Part shown: positions 37,362 through 40,339 of the stretch, piece by piece
Layout: every line of letters begins with the position of its first letter
Numbering within the stretch: the stretch's first letter is position 1
Assembly: GCA_964597105.1 (NCBI GenBank)
Contig: CAZQXX010000002.1
Location: forward strand, 1 to 40,339
DNA: 40,339 bases
Reading direction: 5' to 3'
Source: an uncultured Anaerolineales bacterium
Lineage (GTDB): Bacteria; Chloroflexota; Anaerolineae; B4-G1
Program-made: the position numbers and the translations under genes
Notes under the pieces: generated by a model
Databases searched by the model: none
The model's input: the letters and a program-made list of their open reading frames with translations, nothing else
Told to the model about the DNA's origin: nothing

Positions 37362-37533
37362 CGCCTCCTCGCTCTCGCGCTCCCGGATGTACTGACCGCT
37401 GGCGACGCGACTGGCCCAAAAGGCTGGGTCACCGACGCACCCCCGCGGGCTTGCCATACTCGCTCGCGACCGCAGACGCACTGCTCGACGGCCGGCGCCC
37501 CCAATCGGCGGGTGTCAATGCCGTGAAACCCAT

Positions 37534-38178
37534 CTACGTTGTGACACTTATGTAGTCGGTCTCGTGACCAATGCGTGTTGTGTCGTCGAATAGATAGGCG
37601 TGGATCACGTAGATCCCCTCTTCCTCCGGTACGAACTCGTCAGACTTATACGTCGCCGTCTCGCCTGGATTGAGCAGGTCGGTCGCGGTCTTGTCTACTG
37701 ATATCGAGTCGCCACTGGGCGTCTCAACCCAGAACTCAAGGATCAGCCCGCTCGACGTCGTGAGGCCGCGGAGCGTGGCCTCAATCGTGACTGGCTCACC
37801 CCGCCTGGGGTGGGGTTCGGGCAAAGCGAAGACACTCACCAACTCTGCAACCTCGGCACCCACCACGATCCGCCGGGGAGGGGATTCCCAGTGGAATGGC
37901 TCGCCAGCCCATCGCCCGTCGAGGGAGATGTAGACACCTCCGGACTGATTCGCCGCCACCTGGTAGTGAACCTCCTCCCCCTCGTCCGGCTCCATCGATG
38001 AGACGAACTTCGACTCCTCGACCACTTCGATCGCGTACGTGTCGAGGCTGTTCAGTCTCACGTTCAATCCGGTCAACGGATCCTGGCTGATATTCCTTAC
38101 GCTGACGGCCAGCCAGGATCTGCCGGCCGATGTGCTCTTGGGGCTTATCTCATACTGTATAGGAAACTTCCCTGCCAT
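37534..38178 (-). CDS. Unassigned two-domain paralog family, copy P2 (214 aa)
   Basis: MAGKFPIQYEISP...SWLAVSVRNISQDPLTGLNV...FHWESP...AELVSVFAL...LEFWV...HAYLFDDTTRIG. GGAGGAGG lies just upstream of ATG 38178. The track ORF extends to 38199. Confidence 0.8.
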   Translation of the reverse strand: MAGKFPIQYEISPKSTSAGRSWLAVSVRNISQDPLTGLNVRLNSLDTYAIEVVEESKFVSSMEPDEGEEVHYQVAANQSGGVYISLDGRWAGEPFHWESPPRRIVVGAEVAELVSVFALPEPHPRRGEPVTIEATLRGLTTSSGLILEFWVETPSGDSISVDKTATDLLNPGETATYKSDEFVPEEEGIYVIHAYLFDDTTRIGHETDYISVTT

Positions 38179-38230
38179 AGGCCTCCTCCAGCCTGTCATT
38201 AACTCGATTGCAGATGGATGGACGATGTAA

Positions 38231-38270
38231 AGATCGCCAGAGCCAGGGCGCGGTCTGGAACTGGCGATCT
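38231..38270 (-). terminator. Hairpin / terminator candidate between P3 and P2
   Basis: A 10-bp perfect outer stem joins agatcgccag (38231-38240) and ctggcgatct (38261-38270). A 4-bp inner stem joins ccag (38243-38246) and ctgg (38255-38258) across a 2x2 internal loop. It starts 9 nt after the P3 stop and is followed by UUUAC. Confidence 0.55.
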
Positions 38271-38279
38271 ATCCGGTTC

Positions 38280-38924
38280 CTAGGCCTCCCGCACGTAGAC
38301 GTACTCGACCTCACGCCCTATGCGGCGAATGCCGTCGTAGAGATAGGCGTATATGGTGTAGAGACCGTCCTCCCCGGGCATGATCTCCGCGGAGTAGGTC
38401 GCCTCCTCTCCCGGCGACAGGGCCTTCGTCTCCACGATGGCCAGCTCCTCGAACTCGCCGCCCGGCGTGTCCGCCCAGAACTCCAGCTTCAGTCCCTCGG
38501 TCTCGCTCAAGCCGCGGATCGTGGCCTCGCAACGCATTTGCTCTCCAATGACGGAATATGGCTCCGTCATAGCGAAGAGGCTGACGAGCTCTGCCACCTC
38601 CGCCCCCACCGTGATCGGGATGCCGGGGGACTCCCAATGGAAGCGCTCGCCGTCCTGCCACCCATCGATGGTGACGTAGAGGCTTCCAGTCCTGTTGGCC
38701 GAGACCTGGAATGGTAGCTCGCGTCTCTCGTCGGGCTTGAGAATGGAGACATAGCTTCCCGTGCCCAGGACACTGATGCTATACGCGTCCAACGAGTTCA
38801 GGTTGACGTCCAGGCCAGTCAGATCCTGAGTGCCAATGTTCTGCAGGCTGAGAGTCAGCCAATGCCTGCCCGTGTCGATGCTCTTTGGAGTTATCTCGTA
38901 TTCAATAGGGTACTTGATAGCCAT
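38280..38924 (-). CDS. Unassigned two-domain paralog family, copy P3 (214 aa)
   Basis: MAIKYPIEYEITPKSIDTGRHWLTLSLQNIGTQDLTGLDV...FHWESPGIPITVGAEVAELVSLFAM...GEQMRCEATIRGL...LEFWA...YAYLYDGIRRIG. AAAGGAGGAAGT precedes ATG 38924. Confidence 0.85.
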   Translation of the reverse strand: MAIKYPIEYEITPKSIDTGRHWLTLSLQNIGTQDLTGLDVNLNSLDAYSISVLGTGSYVSILKPDERRELPFQVSANRTGSLYVTIDGWQDGERFHWESPGIPITVGAEVAELVSLFAMTEPYSVIGEQMRCEATIRGLSETEGLKLEFWADTPGGEFEELAIVETKALSPGEEATYSAEIMPGEDGLYTIYAYLYDGIRRIGREVEYVYVREA

Positions 38925-39017
38925 ACTTCCTCCTTTTCTCTGTGACCGTCACGCATACGTTGACTTCTGCTGCACTGACGTTCATTCCGCGCCCGGCGTA
39001 TTCTCCGATCAACTATT

Positions 39018-39053
39018 GCCCGTCCTGCAGCCGTTACTGAGGCTCTGGAGGGC
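39018..39053 (-). terminator. Imperfect hairpin after P4
   Basis: GCCCUCCAGAGCC...GGCUGCAGGACGGGC forms bulged pairs of 4+3+1+4 bp. It begins 5 nt after the P4 stop. Confidence 0.3.
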
Positions 39054-39058
39054 AAGCT

Positions 39059-39706
39059 TTACTTTTCGTCGACTTGGACGATTTCGATTCGGCGACCGAT
39101 CCTCGTCGTGCCGTCGTACAGAAACGCGTAGATCGTGTATCGTCCTGGCTCCTCCGCCTCGGTCTCCGCGACGTACCGTGCCTGCTCCCCGGGAGACAGC
39201 CGCTTCGTCTCCACAGAGGCCAGTTCCTGGAACGTACCGCTGGGCGTCTCCGCCCAGAACTCGAGGGTGAGCCCCGCGCTTTCAACGCGTCCTCTGAGCG
39301 TGGCCTCGCAGCGGATTACCTCGCCCACTGACGGCTCGGTCTCAGTCAGCGCCAGCAGGCTCACCAACTCCGCGCTCTGCTGCTCCACCGTGAGCGTGAT
39401 GTCCGGGGATTCCCAGTGAAACGGCTCGTCCCCGCGGTCTCCATCCACCGTGATGTAGACGCTCCCCGATAGTCTGGCAGAGATTTGCACAGGGATCACT
39501 TCCCTCGCGTCTGGATCCAGAACCGGGATGAAGGCATCCTCGGTGAGTACATCGACACCGTGGACATCCAGCGACTTCAGCCTCACGTGGAGGCCCCTCA
39601 ACGTGTCCGTGGACACGTCTTCGAGGGTTATCGTCAGCCAGTTGGTCCCCCTGTCGACAGCCTGGGGACTTAGCTCATACCGGAATGGTCCTCTTGTCGC
39701 CATCAT
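39059..39706 (-). CDS. Unassigned two-domain paralog family, copy P4 (215 aa), the most divergent copy
   Basis: MMATRGPFRYELSP...NWLTITLEDVSTDTLRGLHV...FHWESPDITLTV...AELVSLLAL...VIRCEATLRG...LEFWA...YAFLYDGTTRIG. The SD is weak (GAGG, 9 nt upstream). Confidence 0.8.
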   Translation of the reverse strand: MMATRGPFRYELSPQAVDRGTNWLTITLEDVSTDTLRGLHVRLKSLDVHGVDVLTEDAFIPVLDPDAREVIPVQISARLSGSVYITVDGDRGDEPFHWESPDITLTVEQQSAELVSLLALTETEPSVGEVIRCEATLRGRVESAGLTLEFWAETPSGTFQELASVETKRLSPGEQARYVAETEAEEPGRYTIYAFLYDGTTRIGRRIEIVQVDEK

Positions 39707-39769
39707 TGGACTGCCTCGTGGGTGCCGGGAGGAATGGGATCAAATCCCATCAGGCCCTTCACCCCAGCT

Positions 39770-39799
39770 CCGAGGGTGGTACCGCAGGGCCACCCTCGG
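39770..39799 (-). terminator. Hairpin / terminator candidate after the DUF2267 gene
   Basis: A 10-bp perfect stem joins ccgagggtgg (39770-39779) and ccaccctcgg (39790-39799) across a 10-nt loop. It starts 12 nt after the stop. A second hairpin, atgggat-caa-atcccat, lies at 39734-39750. Confidence 0.5.
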
Positions 39800-39811
39800 G
39801 TCCGTCGGGGC

Positions 39812-40213
39812 TCAGACATCTATGCTCATCTTACCTTCGCTCCCGGCCTCAAACAGAGGCTTGTAGTTGTCCGGGAGCTGCGTGCGCACGTCCTCCATCT
39901 CTCCCGTCGTGACCGCCTCGTGAAGGACATCGATCACGGCCCGGGCGTGAAACGTGGCATCCGGCAGATCCACAGTCTCCTTGGCGGCCACTCGAAGGAA
40001 GAATTCATCGACAGCGAAGCTCTCTGTCATATCGACATCTCGCAGGAACTTCCCCAGCTCTGGAGGAAGCTGAGCGGCCAGATCCCCCGCCTCCCCGGGA
40101 TGAATCCGCTCTGCCAGGGTCTCAAGCGTGGCCTGCAACGCTCTCACCGCGTCACCGCGAGATGGCAGCTGCGCTCTGTCCTGAACTTCTCCAACTATCT
40201 CCTCATACTGCAC
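39812..40213 (-). CDS. DUF2267 domain protein
   Basis: 133 aa. EEIVGEVQDRAQLPSRGDAVRALQATLETLAERIHPGEAGDLAAQLPPELGKFL...EFFLRVA...HARAVIDVLHEAVTTGEMEDVRTQLP is the typical two-repeat DUF2267 pattern. AAGGAGG lies 7 nt upstream of GTG 40213. Confidence 0.85.
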   Translation of the reverse strand: MQYEEIVGEVQDRAQLPSRGDAVRALQATLETLAERIHPGEAGDLAAQLPPELGKFLRDVDMTESFAVDEFFLRVAAKETVDLPDATFHARAVIDVLHEAVTTGEMEDVRTQLPDNYKPLFEAGSEGKMSIDV

Positions 40214-40279
40214 TTTGCTACCTCCTTCCGTAGAATTAAGCCGCTTTGTTTAGATGCATGCGTTCGCACGCCGCTTATT

Positions 40280-40339
40280 TCAGCGGAGGGACCACGTCAC
40301 CTGCAGGTTCACCTGGATATCCTCAGCACCGGGTTCGAT
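40280..40339 (-). CDS. Possible 3' end of an upstream gene (19 codons plus stop); identity unknown
   Basis: The frame is open from the window edge and reads ...IEPGAEDIQVNLQVTWSLR*. The TGA (40280-40282) sits inside the small hairpin ccgct/agcgg (40271-40286). The fragment is too short to verify. Confidence 0.2.
   Translation of the reverse strand: MEPGAEDIQVNLQVTWSLR

Overview
GC-rich bacterial chromosomal window. Every gene I can support, about 35 CDS, lies on the minus strand, usually with a strong AGGAGG-type Shine-Dalgarno and short or overlapping junctions. I found no rRNA, tRNA, CRISPR array, transposase or integrase. All family names below come from reading motifs and from memory; no database search was run.

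Transcription runs from high to low coordinates, in this order:
- DUF2267 protein.
- Three tandem paralogs of an unassigned ~215-aa protein family.
- A doubtful small ORF.
- A beta-hydroxyacid dehydrogenase.
- A LonC-type Lon-like protease, translationally coupled to a tandem USP.
- A class I aldolase.
- A fourth copy of the paralog family.
- A TM-helix-repeat membrane protein, a SixA-like phosphatase and dodecin.
- Two PEBP/YbhB paralogs, MgtC/DUF4010, and a PolX-N-terminal-like HhH protein.
- HtrA, a ZIP transporter and a second USP.
- A 2905-aa cyclic beta-1,2-glucan synthase (NdvB/Cgs type).
- A tight prs-polX-rhomboid-ligA-orf140 operon.
- A small membrane protein, an App1/DUF2183 phosphatase, an MBL hydrolase and a DUF1931 histone-fold protein.
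- Two tandem COG1926 phosphoribosyltransferases.
- A repeat-bearing lipoprotein that runs off the left edge. The supplied ORF track misses it because its stop codon lies outside the window.

The content reads as a stress, dormancy and DNA-repair neighbourhood rich in local paralogs, not as a mobile island.

The best candidate for something undescribed is the four-copy family of signal-peptide-less, acidic, two-beta-sandwich-like proteins. They share invariant F-x-WESP, AELVS-x-FA and LEFW motifs and bracket the LonC-USP-aldolase-dehydrogenase cassette.

Secondary leads:
- A ~160-nt nested inverted-repeat element upstream of sixA.
- Two promoter-like motifs, each shared by a pair of genes.
- A cluster of SD-like polypurine tracts in a 360-bp spacer.
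- Motif-level deviations in LonC, PolX and SixA.
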